DNA of 62,102 nt, filler included, from Dugesia japonica (GCA_001938525.1; 6 parts of 6 records of this genome joined end to end with filler, not necessarily neighbours in it), one strand, 5' to 3'. Counted from the whole stretch's first letter, positions 12,611 through 26,197 are shown. Numbers and translations are program-made. Notes: a model not told the origin generated them from the letters alone.

Positions 12611-15298
12611 TAGAGTTTTAGATTGTGAAAGTGAATCAATCAATCTTTAGAGTATAATTTCATTTAAATTAGTTAATCTCATATGATAAAAATACAGGTC
12701 GCTCCAGGGTACATTAAAAATTAGTTGACCTTCATTAATAAAATATTTATAAATTTTATGTTTTATTAATTTAATTTCGATTGAAGATTTCATCGACAAA
12801 GTTGATTATTGCTTATTTTTAGTATATTTTGACAGTTTCAATGATTTAAGTTTAATAATTTACTAAATGATATCAAATCGAATCAATGTTCAGTTAATTA
12901 CGGCCTATTTGTTAAGGAATTTCGTAGTAGTTATCTATTTGCTAATAAAATTTATTGGAAATGTTCAAATTTAAATTTCAATATTAGCTGCTTTCCATAG
13001 AAATTTAACATTTGATAATAAATAAATTATAAAATTAATTAATAAATGATAAAATATTCTCATACATTATTTACCATAATAGTTTGTTTTCTTTCAATAT
13101 CATTACATTACCTCATCCGGGTATTACAGTCGAGCTATTATTCCAACTGTTTACATCAAGTCTCAAATTGTCAAGCTCAAGACCGTTAGTTTTCAATTGA
13201 GTCCGTTCATACATGAAATTATCGATCAGCTTGGGTAGTTTTAACCAGGCTAAGTTTGATTACGGTATGTGCATCTCCGGTAGCAGTGATTCTAACCATT
13301 CACATCCGGTCATGAACGCATATCGCTTTAATGGTTTAAAAAGAATAAGTCATCATCGTCAATAATTTACTAGACTCGGATCTGAAAAATGTTCTGAAAT
13401 TCCACTCACTATTATCAAATCAAATGTATGTATTAAAAAAATGAAATATTAAATAAGGACAATAATAATCAAATAATAATAAATTCAAATGATAATAGTC
13501 TATTCATAATAAATTTAACAAATAAAAATTCATCAATAATAATCAAATAATAATAATAAATGGTTAATTATGATAAATGTGTAATAACAATGATAATAAA
13601 GAAAATTCTAAATCAAATATCGAAATTACAATTCTAAATGTAATTCATAAAAATCTTATTTTAAATTTTCATTAAATGTCTAATTCTTATTTCCAAATTA
13701 TAATTCTAAAATTAATTCATATTTCTAAAATCTTATTACAAAAAATTAAAATTTTCGTTAAAAATACTAATTTGTATTTCTACAATCTTCAACGCAAAAC
13801 CTTTGATAAATTCAAGGTTAAAATTTATGATTATAAATGATAGATTATTTAAATAATTTTCAAAATTAAATATGTCGATTAATTTAAAATTTATTAAGTT
13901 AAAAAATAGTAGCACAAATAATTATTTGATTAATAATAATTAAATGAATAAAAATCAAACATTTTAAGTTAGATAAGGGTAATACAATAATAATCAATTA
14001 ATTATAATCAAATAATATTAATAATAATAAATCATAGAAATCAATAATAATAAAATCAAATAATACAATTCTTATAATGATAATAATAATTAATTTAACT
14101 ATGAAATTTAAATTATATTTATTAAAAGAATAATAAATAAACTAACTTCATCATTATGACTATTAAATTCATACTCTTCATTTTACATTTCATTTTCTTT
14201 AAATTTCATCATCTTTATAATTTTTCTCTTCATCATCATCACTGTCTATCAATATTATGACAATCTCCATTGACTTCATAATTTCATAAAAATGAAAGCT
14301 TTTATCAAATAATAATATTAAAACAAATATATTTTGAAATTAAATTGAATCAAATCTAATACAATATATTAAATATAGTAGATAAATTATAAATGCTACT
14401 TTATAAAATAAAAGCTTTAACATTAAAGAAAATTTTGAATATTGGTTAAAATTAATAATAAAGAGGAAAAAACTTATTAAAATAAAAAATAAAGACCATT
14501 TTTATTTTTAATTATGATATTATAATATTTTATTCGATTATTATAAATACTTAATGTATTTAATAATTAAGATTTATTTAAACTTTTGTATATGTTCATT
14601 CTAAATTTTAATTGATTGCAAAAAATGTCTTTGAAAATTTTATTAATTAATTAATTTCAAAGGTAAATATGAATAATTCTTTATAATTTCAATGAATAAA
14701 AGAATAAATTTATATTAAAAGTTGATGATTAATTGGTTAATAAAGCACATTTGAAGGTCCATAGTCAAAGAAATTTTCTATATTAAGATGAAAATATGTG
14801 AATATTTAAACGGTTATTAATTGTAAAGTAAATATTCAGTGTTGACTATAAGATATAGGCGATGAACAGATTAAACCATTAACTGAATAATCAATAGGTA
14901 CATGATGATGGTAGCGAGTAAATGTTAATACCTAATGATGGTGAGTATTGTACATAGTAATACTTAATGATGACGATAATTGTGTATGTTAATACTTGAT
15001 GATAGTAAGAGTTGTGTTTATCAAGAGCTGTTGGTAACGTGTATTGTGTATGTTTAGATATTCTCCCCATAATATTAACAATTGAAATCGATTTTTACCA
15101 AGTAACTATATGAATTAATTAGTGGTTCATGAAATTTAGTATTATAATCAATAATTTTCATGCATTTCTTTCCTTGAGTAATATTCGAATGTCATGTAAG
15201 TGGCATTTATATTTCACTATTCTCACACTTATAATGGACACATATTTTATATATAATGCAACATATTATTCATTCATCTTGCATACTTCATATAAATT

Positions 15299-15430
15299 TC
15301 ATAACATATTTAAATACTACTGTACAATTTCATAACATATTTAAATACTACTGTACAATTTCATAAAATAATTTGTGACTACTATGCAATTTCATAAAAT
15401 AATCTTTGACTAGTGTGCAATTTCATAAAT
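15299..15430. repeat. ~31-bp minisatellite (ACTACTGTACAATTTCATAA); related arrays at 18755-18870 and 39145-39310
   Basis: Tandem copies visible directly. Confidence 0.8.
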
Positions 15431-15795
15431 TATTTAGACACTTCTAGTCACTTTTAGATTTATTTCTCCATTCTTTTACACAGGATTTTGAAAATATTGT
15501 TGCGGTCCCATCTGAGTTTGTAGTAGAAAATATATTGTTGGATGAAAATTCAGTCTTTGGGGGACCCTTCCAAGAATTTACCTAATGTCCCTGAATAGGT
15601 TATCAGTAAAGAAGAGTTGAATTCCAATGCCTTACTTGAAGTGCTCACTCGTATAAATTTATTTCGGGTTCATTATTTTCCCCACTCTTTTCATTTATCA
15701 AACAAATTAATAATAAATTTGAATCTAAGATTTATTTTTAACTAATTACATATAGTCTAGAGCACCAGGGTCTAACCACTGATTGGGCTCGCTAT

Positions 15796-16390
15796 TCATA
15801 AAATTGAAGGCGGCCACATCATCGTCGCTGTTCCAAGGCGGTTTACCAGATCAGCTATATATTGTTCCAAGAATTCGATCTTATGGGTGAGAATCTGCTT
15901 GGTGTGCTCTGCCAGCTCACCCTGTTTTTTGACGATCAGGTCTAACTTTTTTATTGAGCGATTTTGCTGTGTAAGATGACACAGAAGAGCCTGATCATTT
16001 TGGTGTCGAACGTACCTTTCTAGTAGAAGTTTTTGAATGAGGCAATGACATCTACGAATGCTCGTGGGCAGTTGTATTCTGAGCACTGCAAGAAAAACAT
16101 GGATTTAAAACTACAACACAAAACCATTAAATCATTAAGATTGTCATAGAATAAGTGGTTAAGTTAAAATTAGACAATCAATTTAACCAACAGAATTTTT
16201 CTTGAAAACGAAAATAACAGTCACAGAATTTGTCACGGCCGCGTAGTTTGAGTGGACTTATCCACCATTAAAGGTTCAAGTAACATGGTTTTCCTCAACT
16301 CCATTATGTCGTTGACTAGTTTATTCTCTCGGTCATGGAGGGACCGGATGGTATCAACAAATTACTCCAGCTGCTTTTTCCACAGCCATT
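15796..16390 (-). pseudogene. GC-richer coiled-coil ORF remnants of unknown function next to the repeat module
   Basis: A 96-aa heptad-like ORF at 15796-16086. An upstream broken frame reads ...RENKLVNDIMELRKTMLLEPLMVDKSTQTTRP*. Confidence 0.4.
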
Positions 16391-17690
16391 CTAAATAATT
16401 AACCAAAACCAGACAAAAATCATCCAAAACTAACCACCATGAGTTTATAATTGACCAAGATTACCTAAATTAAGTAAATAATTGACCAAATTGTCCAAAC
16501 CCGAGAAAATAATTGACCGAATTTACCAAACAATTACTCTTGTGAGCAAATAATTAACCATTCCCGAGGAAAAATTTGATTGAATTCATCTAAAACCGAT
16601 TAAGTTTGCCCGGATTTGACCTCACCGAGAAAATTTAAACCTATTTCACCTAAACCATCCAAAAGATTACCAATGACGACAAAACATTTGACCAAGTCAT
16701 CCAAAAAATTACCCAAGCTGACCATTCCCGAGGAAATAATTAACCAAATAACCCAAAGATTTCCCAAATTAACCATTCCCATGGAAATAATTGACCGAAT
16801 TCATCTAAAGAAAAACCCTTGCGAGCACATAATTAACCAAGTTTGTCCAGGTTTGTCCTCATCGAAAAAATTTTGAACCAATTTCACCTAAACCATCCAA
16901 AAAATTTACCAATCAAGAGAAAAACTTTGACCAAGTCACCCAAAATTTATCCAAACCTAGCAATCCCGAAGAATTATTTGATCAAATCACCTAAAAATAA
17001 CTTTAAACCATTCAAATATTGATCATATTCTACCTCACCGAGAATTTTTCAATCAATTTTACCTAAATCACCCAAAAATTACCAATACCGAGGAAAAATT
17101 TGAACAATTCACCCAAAAATTAGCCGAACCGAGCAATCCGGAGGAAATATTGGATCAAATTTATCTGAACCAACCAAAAATTAACCTTATTTGACCTTAC
17201 CGAGAAAACTTAGGACAAAAACCACCTAAAACCAATCAAAAATTACCCAAATTGACCAACCCTAAGGAAATATTCAACCAAATCTCCGATAAATTACCTA
17301 AAACCGACCAAGTTTGCCCAAACTGACCAATACCGAGGAAGTATTCGACTAAATTCGCCGGAACCGACCAAAAATTGATCTTATTCAACCTTATAGAGGA
17401 AATTTGGGACAAAAATCACTAAAAACTAAGAAAACATTGACCTCATTCAACCTCACCGAATAAATTCACAACTAAAAAGCCCTAAAAAATATTGCTGCTT
17501 AAAAAACTTGAAAAAGTTTCTTAACTAAATACACAGTAAAATTTAAAAACTGTTAATCCTATTTTATAAAATTTCACCGAGGAAATTAATCTGATGACAT
17601 AATTTGTGTGCAAAAATAATTTGTCAACTAAATACACAGAGAAATTTAAAAACAGTAACGTAATACTGTCACGACGAAATTAATTACATT
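16390..17690 (+). repeat. Longest copy of the repeat module: degenerate ~35-45 bp tandem array plus conserved tail
   Basis: Many CCGAG(G/A)AAA(T)AATTGACC units, followed by the tail AAAATTTCACCGAGGAAATTAATCTGATGACATAATTTGTGTGCAAAA...CAACTAAATACACAG. Confidence 0.85.
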
Positions 17691-19049
17691 ATGTAATGCA
17701 CACAAATGTTGAGTTGTTGAGTTAGTAACATATGCAACAAAGTACATAAAGCGAGCATGTAGACATAACATATAGAAATAAACAATCAAATCAATCAGAT
17801 AATGAAAAAAGAGAGGTCAGAATCAACCAAGTCAATCAGATGCTGCAGACGTTTGATTATGAATTATCCTACATTATTTGACATTATTTTTGATAATTTG
17901 ATCCTACATTATTTGAAATTATTTTTGACAATTTGATTTATGAATTATTTGTGAATATCCTTAGACAATGTGAATTATTTGTGAATTATTATTTGCTTTT
18001 GATAAATTACTAATTATTTGCGTTTGTTATAAATAGCTATGTCATTCAAACAATTCAATGGTAAATTTGCTAAAATTACTAATATATTATAAATAAGTCA
18101 ATTGTATAAAGGTTATAAATAATTCAACTGTATGAATAATCTTATTAATTGATAATTAATATTTAATATTTTGGATAAATAAATGGGTATGTTTAGAAAA
18201 TTCTATAAATATTTTCATGAATAATAATTTATTTTTAATAATGAATAATAATTTATTTTAATAATNGATGTATGAATGATTGATAGGTGTGTGCTTTAGA
18301 AATCAGTATAAATACTGATGGTTAATTGTGAATTTTTCAGACTTTTTGTGAGCTAAGAAAACCTACTTCTACAGTTGGCTTTTTTTTGTTTCATTAATTT
18401 ATTGCGCATAGCATTAGAAATAAAAATTACAAAAGGTTTTAGTTTATTTTTAATTTCATNNNNNNNNNNNNNNNNNNNNNNNNNNNNNNNNNNNNNNNNN
18501 NNNNNNNNNNNNNNNNNNNNNNNNNNNTATAATACAGTATCGACATATATTTAAAAATATTAATATCAGTTACGCATACAAATAAAACAACGAACCATAA
18601 ATATTCTTTTGTTGAGTTGTAATACCCAACACAAATGTGTGCCGCCGCCTATTTACATTAGAAAAATACAACAACAGTTATGTAATAATCCGATTACGTA
18701 GGGGGGAGGGGGTACCAAATGTGCGCTGTTCATTACTGCTACTATCCCTCTAATATCGACTACAATGCAATTTCAAAAACTTTTTATCGACTACTGTGCA
18801 ATTTCATAACATCTTTATCGACTACTGTACAACTTCAGATAATTTCTATTGACTACTATAAAATTTCAGATTAAATTTCACGGGGCTTAGTGAATTTGAT
18901 CATTCTCACTTTTTCTTTACTCATCATTTTTCTAACTTCAAGCAACGAAACCTACTAAGAATGAAGCAAAACCTAGTTTGGACCAGAAAAATTCAATAGG
19001 TATTACTTGATTGCCTCTGTGTTGGACTAAGTGTTGAATATATCAATAA

Positions 19050-19620
19050 ATCTTAATATAGTGTTTTGAATATATTTTCATTATTAAACCCATATTTCTT
19101 TGTTAAAACCAGTATTTTCATGATAAAACCATTATTTCCACAATAATTCTTATATTTACCATTACCAAACCCGCATTTTCATGATAAAACCTCTGTTCTT
19201 ATTGATGAGATCATAAATATATCTATTGAAATTAATATTTTCAATGTTGTATCAAGTATCTTAAATGATGAGATCTGTATTTTTCATGTTGAACTATTAT
19301 TCTTTAAAAATATATCTAAATATAAGGTATTTAAAAGAAAAATTAACCCATTAAAAACTTAAAGAGCAGGCAAAGAAGCAGAAAAATAATCAGATGATTA
19401 AAATGTAATGAAATAGTTTTATTATTTTAAATAAAAAGCATATTATATTAGGTCTCACTCATTCTTATTGTCTTCTTTTATTAATATATGACACTTTTTA
19501 AAGATTAATGAAGTGAGGTCTATGAAAATATGAAGTGAAAATATGCATTAAAACCCAATAGAAAATTAGGTCAAAATAGTGTAAATATGGAAAAATATAG
19601 CTAAATAAGGGTAAATTTCA
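19050..19620 (+). repeat. Dispersed repeat block homologous to 36890-37520
   Basis: Shared collinear strings TGTTAAAACCAGTA, ATCAAGTAT, AATAATCAGATGAT, TCTTATT(G/A)TCTTCTTTTAT and ATATAGCTAAATA. Confidence 0.75.
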
Positions 19621-20302
19621 GTGATGTAGATATTAGATATTATTTAAAATTGAAAATCAAAATTAAAATAATTGATATTAAATTAATATTTAATACGGTT
19701 GTTTAATATTCAGATTTCGGATTGGTGATATTTTAAATTAATAAATGATTTATGGATCTGATTTCGGATTTAATCAAGCTAGCAGTAGACATCAAGGATT
19801 TTAATGGTCGTTACAATATCTTACAACATTTTTTTGATTTCGAAATTTATTNGTTGAGTTTTTTTTCGTTAAAGTCAAATTTTTGAATTTTGGTTTGTAA
19901 AGATTTTTGGCTGAGAAATTATTTATTGAAACCTTTAATTAAAAACTTCAACATTGATTTTCATAGAAAGGCAGTATTTTCAAAAAAATGCACGGATACA
20001 TCCTGATATACTTTTCAATTATCTATTCAATGATACCGGTTTCGATTCAAAATCGTCTAGATCATTGGAGGTATGTGCCAGTGCGCCACTGATTTTTCTG
20101 AGAGAACCAAACATATTTAGAAAAAGTTAAATTTTTTCTTATAGAGTTTTTAGTTCTGAGTTTAATGGTACAAAATATTTTGAAAGTTGTTTATTTAATT
20201 ATNNNNNNNNNNNNNNNNNNNNNNNNNNNNNNNNNNNNNNNNNNNNTTAATTAATTAANNNNNNNNNNNNNNNNNNNNNNNNNNNNNNNNNNNNNNNNNN
20301 NN

Positions 20303-20550
20303 GAATTGAGATCCTGGAGGAAAATGTGCGGCTCCTCATGACCCAACAGGATCAATTACGAGCGGTTACTGAGAAAATCGGCTCGGGAACATCGACGGAG
20401 AACAATGGAGATTCGATAGCGGAAAGGGGGAGCTGGGTTGATGAGAGCAGTACCCTGGAATCCCAAGTCGAGAAAGAGGAATACACAATCATTCGGGATT
20501 TAATGGGCCTGAGTGGCCCTGTCACGAGCTCTACTCTCATAAATGCTTGA
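20303..20550 (+). CDS. Partial GC-richer ORF of unknown function, 5'-truncated by the gap
   Basis: Open frame IEILEENVRLLMTQQDQLRAVTEKI...LINA*, followed directly by AATAAA. GC content is well above the flanks. Confidence 0.4.
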
Positions 20551-20575
20551 ATAAAATATGTAGAATTGTCAGATA

Positions 20576-21215
20576 AGAGTAGTGGCGCATTGCCAGCATT
20601 TATTTTTTATTGAAGACCCCCCCCCGTTGGAAGGGGAGGGAAAAAAAATATTTAAAAAAAAATCTGGCATAAAAATTTAAATGAAATTAAAAAACTAGCA
20701 TTAAAATTTAAAAGAAATTAAAAAACTGTCATAAAAATTTAAAAAAAATAAAAGGTTTTTAAAGAAAAAAAAATTTCATTTCATAAAGACCCCCCCGCTG
20801 GGTGGAAGAAAATAAATATTAAAAAATGATCATAAAAATTTTTAAAAAATTAAAAAATGGTCATAAAAATTTTTAAAAAATTAAAAAATTTAAGATAAAT
20901 TAAAAAACGGGCATAAAAACTTAAAAGAAATTAAAAAACTGGCAATAAAATTAAAAAATTGGCATAAAAATTTAAAAGAAATTTAAAAACTTGCATAAAA
21001 ATTTAAACGATATTAAAAAACTGGCATAAAAATTAAAAAGAAATTTAAAAACTGGCATAAAAATTTAAAAGAAATTAAAAAACTGGCATAATATAGTGCC
21101 AGCATTGATTTTTTATTGAAGACCTCCTCCCTGGGTGGAAGGAAAAAAAATATTAAAAAACTGGCATAAAAATTAAAAAGAAATTAATAAACTGGCATAA
21201 AAATTGAAAAACTGG
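20576..21215. repeat. ~30-bp minisatellite (AAAAAACTGGCATAAAAATTTAAAAGAAATT) with higher-order GC spacers
   Basis: About 15 units, interrupted three times by AAGACC(C)n..GG(T)GGAAG at about 20612, 20786 and 21118. Confidence 0.85.
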
Positions 21216-22269
21216 TTGTTTTGTTGATTTGTTTATTTGAGTTTTATAGCGAAAATTAAGGTGATATGTATGTCACGGTACTTTGCAGAGGCAGAGTTGA
21301 ATGAATTTCGTTTATTTTATTTTATTTCGTTTATTCTGAAGTACATATAATTTCCATGAATGTGGACATGGAAAATTATCCAATTCGAAAAATTATAGAA
21401 TATATTCATTGAACGTTAATTATTTCAGGAATGGTATCAAAAATATTACAGAGAAATTACGATTTTCAAGGATCATTTTGGGTTAATCGAATCTTTTTGC
21501 TAGAGTTAAATATGTGTTGAATTATTTATTGGATTAAAGTATCTATTTTAATTCCTTAAAAATAAAAATTAAGCCCAGATCGGTTAAAATCAGGTTTTAG
21601 TCGCTAGTATTTTATTATTCATATATTTGACAATAGTTTCAATTTGATTTTTTGTAATAATTAGGGTATTATCAACAGTCCTATTAAATGTTGAAATAGC
21701 TGAAATATCGTGCTAGTTTGCCTAATGGTCAGAAATGAACGATTTAAAATGTTTATGGACAACAAACACTGAGCAACTGAGTGTAATGCTAATTGGGATT
21801 CCTGAAAAAAAAACGTAAGACGCGATACCACAAAGTCACGTTGAACCCGCGGAAAAGAGGGGCATGTCACAGAGGTGACTAACTGCTTGTGGTTTTTAGG
21901 TATGCCCCTAGACGAAAACTATCGAATTTATTTAGTTATGGAAACAATCGAGTCTGCAGAGCGTAGATATTCAACCCAAGTTATTCAAAATCCTAAAAAC
22001 CCAACACTTATAATCATAAAAATTCGGAACCAATACATTAAAAGTTTAAGCAAACACAATAAAAATTGTAATCAAAAGTATTAAATTTATAATTTATTTA
22101 CATGCAAAAAATCAAAATTAATACTTAAAATTTCAAAACCAATACATAAAAATTCTACGTTAGCATAAAAATTAATACTCAGCATGTAAAATATTAAACT
22201 CATGACTTGAAATTGGAAACAATTTCACTAAAATTCTTAATTGATACTGTCTTTTAATGGTTTGAGTTC

Positions 22270-23040
22270 TGTGAATGTGAGATGAAAGTTATATCAAATA
22301 AAAGGGAGCAGGAAAGGGGGGTCACCTGTCTAAATGATGAAGAACTATTCGCTAAATATGCTGAAACATTTTAAAAAATAGAATGTTTCCAAGGACAATT
22401 AAGACGTGTATTTAGTAAAGAAAGAGATGTCATTCGAGACATGATAAATTACAGGAGAAGAGTCGAGAATATCGATAATTATATCAAGAAAGTAGAAAAT
22501 TTCGTGGAAAAACACTTTGCAAATAAAGAATTCAGAAAGGAAAAGTTCATTACTAGGTTGTTGGTACTATGTGTTGGAAATAAAAGTTTAATAGAAAAAG
22601 TAATTTTACGTAAGATACAAAAAGTTGAAGAAATTAAAAGAGACTTTGAAACCTTTAGATAAATTGAGAAATAATGAAGACACAGATAACATTATGAGTT
22701 TTACAGCAGCTGTGAACAGAGATAGAGAGACAAATAGAGGTCCTGAAACGAGACAACCCGAAATAAAAAATTTTGAAACGCGATAAAAGGTAATACCAAA
22801 ATTTGGAAATGAACAACTGGATAGACATAGTAATTGGAAAACGACGTTGGTGTATTAGAATTTTATTAAAGTCAGTCACATGAAATGGCAATGTCCGCTT
22901 AATTCAAGCATCAAGTGTTAGACATACGAACGAGTTGGTCACATTAGCAGAAAATGCTAAAAGAAACAATCTATTCAGTGTTTTTAATGCCGATAGAGAG
23001 ACCATATCAATAGAGAATGTCAAGAAATGAACAATAAAAC
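22270..23040 (+). mobile_element. Ty3/Gypsy gag remnant
   Basis: CLNDEELFAKY...INYRRRVENIDNYIKK is homologous to the gag at 57300-58123. Degenerate CCHC knuckles (GHISRKC, DHINREC) are present. Confidence 0.7.
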
Positions 23041-23289
23041 GAACAGTTAGGGAAGATATGAAACATGAAGAAAGAAAATTGTCACTAGTAATATGTTTTT
23101 ATTTAGAAAATTGTCATTATTAATATGCTTTTTATAGAAAATTACCTAGCTAATATGTTTTTAAAATTACGTTCTATGTTTTTATCACCTTCTAAAGAAA
23201 GGTTTTAATTTGAATATAGAATGTAAAAATATAGAATATGTAAATATCACAAAGTAGTCTTTTTGATAGAAATATTTTATCATGGAAAT

Positions 23290-23950
23290 ATCACATAGAC
23301 TCCCCTTTTTAAATATTTTATCATGTTAATTAATTAAAGACTGCCAGAACATATAAAGGTCGTCCAATATCTTTGCAAAATATCAAGACTATCCAGTGTC
23401 TTGCAATAATATCAAAAATATCAAGACTGCCCAATATCATGCATAAATATCAAGACTACCTTAATATTTTAATAATGATTGCAATAGAGATGCAATATTA
23501 ATGCAACACACATATACTGAAAATCACGCACTTAGGATTTTTTTTAATATCCCGCCAAAAAGAAATTTTAGAAACTCAACATAGGCGCTATTTTGTATTT
23601 TTTAAAACTCAACATAGCCACCTATTTGATTTTTTTAATAAAGGAAATAGTCATTCAACTCAGGTGTAACACACATGCCACACACATACGCTGAAAATCA
23701 TGTGCCTAGGAATTTTAGACTGCCTTTTCCCTTGCTAAATATCAAGTCTCACTAATCTCATTCAATATAAAGAGACTCCCCATACTAAATATAGACTCTC
23801 CCGATGCTATATATAGAGACTTTTCATGCTAAATATATAGATTCCCTATGCTAAATATAGAGACTCCCCTCACTGCATGCATAAATATCAAGACTGCCTA
23901 TACCATGCATAAATATCAATTATACTATGCATAAATATCAAGATGGCTAA
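23290..23950. repeat. Degenerate minisatellite (AAATATCAAGACTGCC / ATATAGACTCCC); related sequence at 53900-53990
   Basis: Tandem units of about 23-31 bp visible. Confidence 0.75.
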
Positions 23951-24619
23951 AAAATAAATTTTAATTTCACATACGAAAGGAAATTTTTGAATTTCCTACC
24001 AAAAACCTTTTAAACCTTCACGCCAAAACTTTTTTAAAATTTCTCGCCAAAAAACTTTTACTAAAAACATCAAGACTCTACTCTTCCATGTATCAAAAAA
24101 TATGAAAACCAAGCCTTTCACTCAAAAATACTCAAAAATAACATTATTCATAACAATTAATTCATCATTTTAAGCAAAATACAGCATTTTAATCAAAAAT
24201 AAATATTTCAAACACTTATGACGTCATACTTTCTCAACCGAAAATTTCAAATAACTAATAAAAATCTGATAATTAATTCTTTTTCTACCCATACCACTTT
24301 CCCCCCCTGGAAAGTTATTGCTTTTATACTACTTTTAAATATCAACCAATCAAATTCAAGTGCGAAAAATCAGAAACTAAAGCACAATCGATATCTCAAA
24401 TATTCCTCATCGCATAACCTCTTCAACAACTCACCCTACAACCAAATCCTAAAAACATATAGCTTCCCAAAAACAACAAGCGATTACTCATATGCCTGGG
24501 CAGTGCTTCAATAACCTTCTAGCTAAAACCATCCATCTAATATCATAAGTCCTTTAGAAAATAAATAGACCAAATTTTTTTCATACCACAACCAAATCTT
24601 AAAACCATCAAAAAAATTA

Positions 24620-24900
24620 TTTCCAAGTTGACTTTAAGAATGAATTGAGTCTTTATCCAATAAATTTTCTAAATCTTAGTCTTCAAATTTGGAAGGATGG
24701 CCTTAACTTTATTTGCGCTTTACATAGAAGTTGTTTTTTCTGAAGCGCTTAAACCAGCTCTAGTACATATCCTGCAATACTACATGTTTTCCAAAAACAT
24801 CACAAAATATTTGGTAACTTTCTGCAGCATTTTAATTCACCATTAAATAACCAATAACAACTTCCTGCAAATGATCCTTGCTTTGTATAAATGTTGACAT
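24620..24900 (-). mobile_element. Mariner (Mos1-like) transposase N-terminal HTH pseudogene fragment
   Basis: The minus strand reads MSTFIQSKDHLQEVVIGYLMVN*NAAESYQIFCDVFGKHV...SWFKRFRKNNFYV...KFED*DLENLLDKD, matching the Mos1 pattern KTAAESHRML...RWFQRFKSGDF...YEDAELQALLDED. A possible TIR lies at about 25053-25075. Confidence 0.8.
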
Positions 24901-25373
24901 ATTTATATTTAAAAATGTTTAATATTTTAACATATTATGAAAATTTACATAATTACTCTACTAATTAGAGATTATTAAAAGAAAATGAATTATATTTAAA
25001 TTAAAAATTATATTACTATATATTAGTTAATTGGTTATAAACACAATCCACATTATTTATCTGAACCCTTAATAATATAATAAGATAATTCACAGAAACT
25101 CACGTTTTATTCGGAAATATGTTTTCTTCAGACCAAACAATACACTGAACTTCTGATGAATTTTCTTCAGGCTGTTACATATTCATACAAAATTACGAAT
25201 TAATTAATTAATTAATCTGCATTCTGAAATTGTTTTTCAATTAAAATATTTTTCAGTTAAAAAGTTTTTTCATTTCAAATATTAAATTTATAAAAATCAT
25301 ATAACAATATTTTATGATCTTAGTTTTTGTCGCATTATTTAAATTACAAATAATATATTATTTTTTGAAAACA

Positions 25374-25730
25374 GGGGAACTACACGTACTGATGCACCGC
25401 GATAAACAAAGCCATTTGCCGACTGAAGACTACGTTGAATGGGCATCGTAGATCAGATGTTGCAAGGATATCAGCTAGCAAAAATCGGAATCTACCACTA
25501 GCAGTCTTGTACAAGAAAGAATTCATCCAAAAACTATGCGAAAATGGTTTGAAACTTAAAACAATGTTAATTTTGAAAAGAGTAAAATCATTATAGAATT
25601 CAGCCAGATTTTATTTATTGGTCTAAAACTTGGTAAGAAATCGATTAATGAACTATAAGCGAAATGGAAAAACACCATTTAAACATCATTCATACATGAT
25701 GAAATATTAAACAGATAAATATCAAAGAGT
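25374..25730 (+). pseudogene. Possible tyrosine-recombinase (Crypton-like) fragment
   Basis: KAICRLKTTLNGHRRSDVARI and KNRNLPLAVL, then a frameshifted HDE-I-N-DKYQ, resemble the RLTxFNxRRxGE, GKRxxxVPVL and GHxxxIxxxxY segments of invertebrate YR-like proteins. The match is from memory. Confidence 0.3.
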
Positions 25731-25955
25731 GTTTAAAAAAAATGAATCAGTAAAATAAATACCAATTTATGAACCGAAAACAAATAAAAGTAGCCAATAA
25801 ACAAGACAACAATATTATGAAGAAACCGAAACTTATGTTTATTCAGAAATAATAACTATTCATAACCTGAAGAATTAAATCGCTACTCTAAGAATATCAA
25901 ATAAATAAAATGAATTGTTCAAAAGAAGCGGAAGATAAAACACACATCACATTAA

Positions 25956-26197
25956 CCCATTAACGCCCAATTTAATTTAAATTTATGTGACGCAGTGCAG
26001 AGAGCTAAATAAGTATATAAGCTTAGAAGCTAATAACAAACACTAAAATATGTCTGATAAAAGCAATATATACCAAGTGTAGGTATATTATTATTTATTA
26101 TTCTTATTCTAAAATTAGAATTGAATAATGTTTAGGTAGAGTACTAGACAAATTATAAAGCGTGTCCTCAAAAGAGGACGCTGGATGCTAATAAGTC
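25956..26197. mobile_element. piggyBac-like MITE remnant
   Basis: Left end TTAA|CCCATTAACGCCCA. Subterminal palindrome GTCCTCAAAAGAGGAC and a decayed right TIR GGATGCTAATAAGTCAA. Confidence 0.5.

Noticed and set aside
16600-16876. ORFs within the repeat array (also 35340-35865, 37513-37707, 42057-42263, 48538-48816)
   Set aside because: These are low-complexity translations of tandem repeats or AT-rich DNA with no recognisable domain.
16390-17500. CRISPR-like repeat-spacer array
   Set aside because: Units are degenerate and variable in length, the intervening sequences are related to each other, the context is eukaryotic and no cas-like ORF is present. It is a minisatellite.
17591-17616. 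Hammerhead core CTGATGA in the module tail (also at 33977)
   Set aside because: It is followed by GCAAA rather than GAAA, has no stem III, and is not conserved in the 42600 and 45700 copies.
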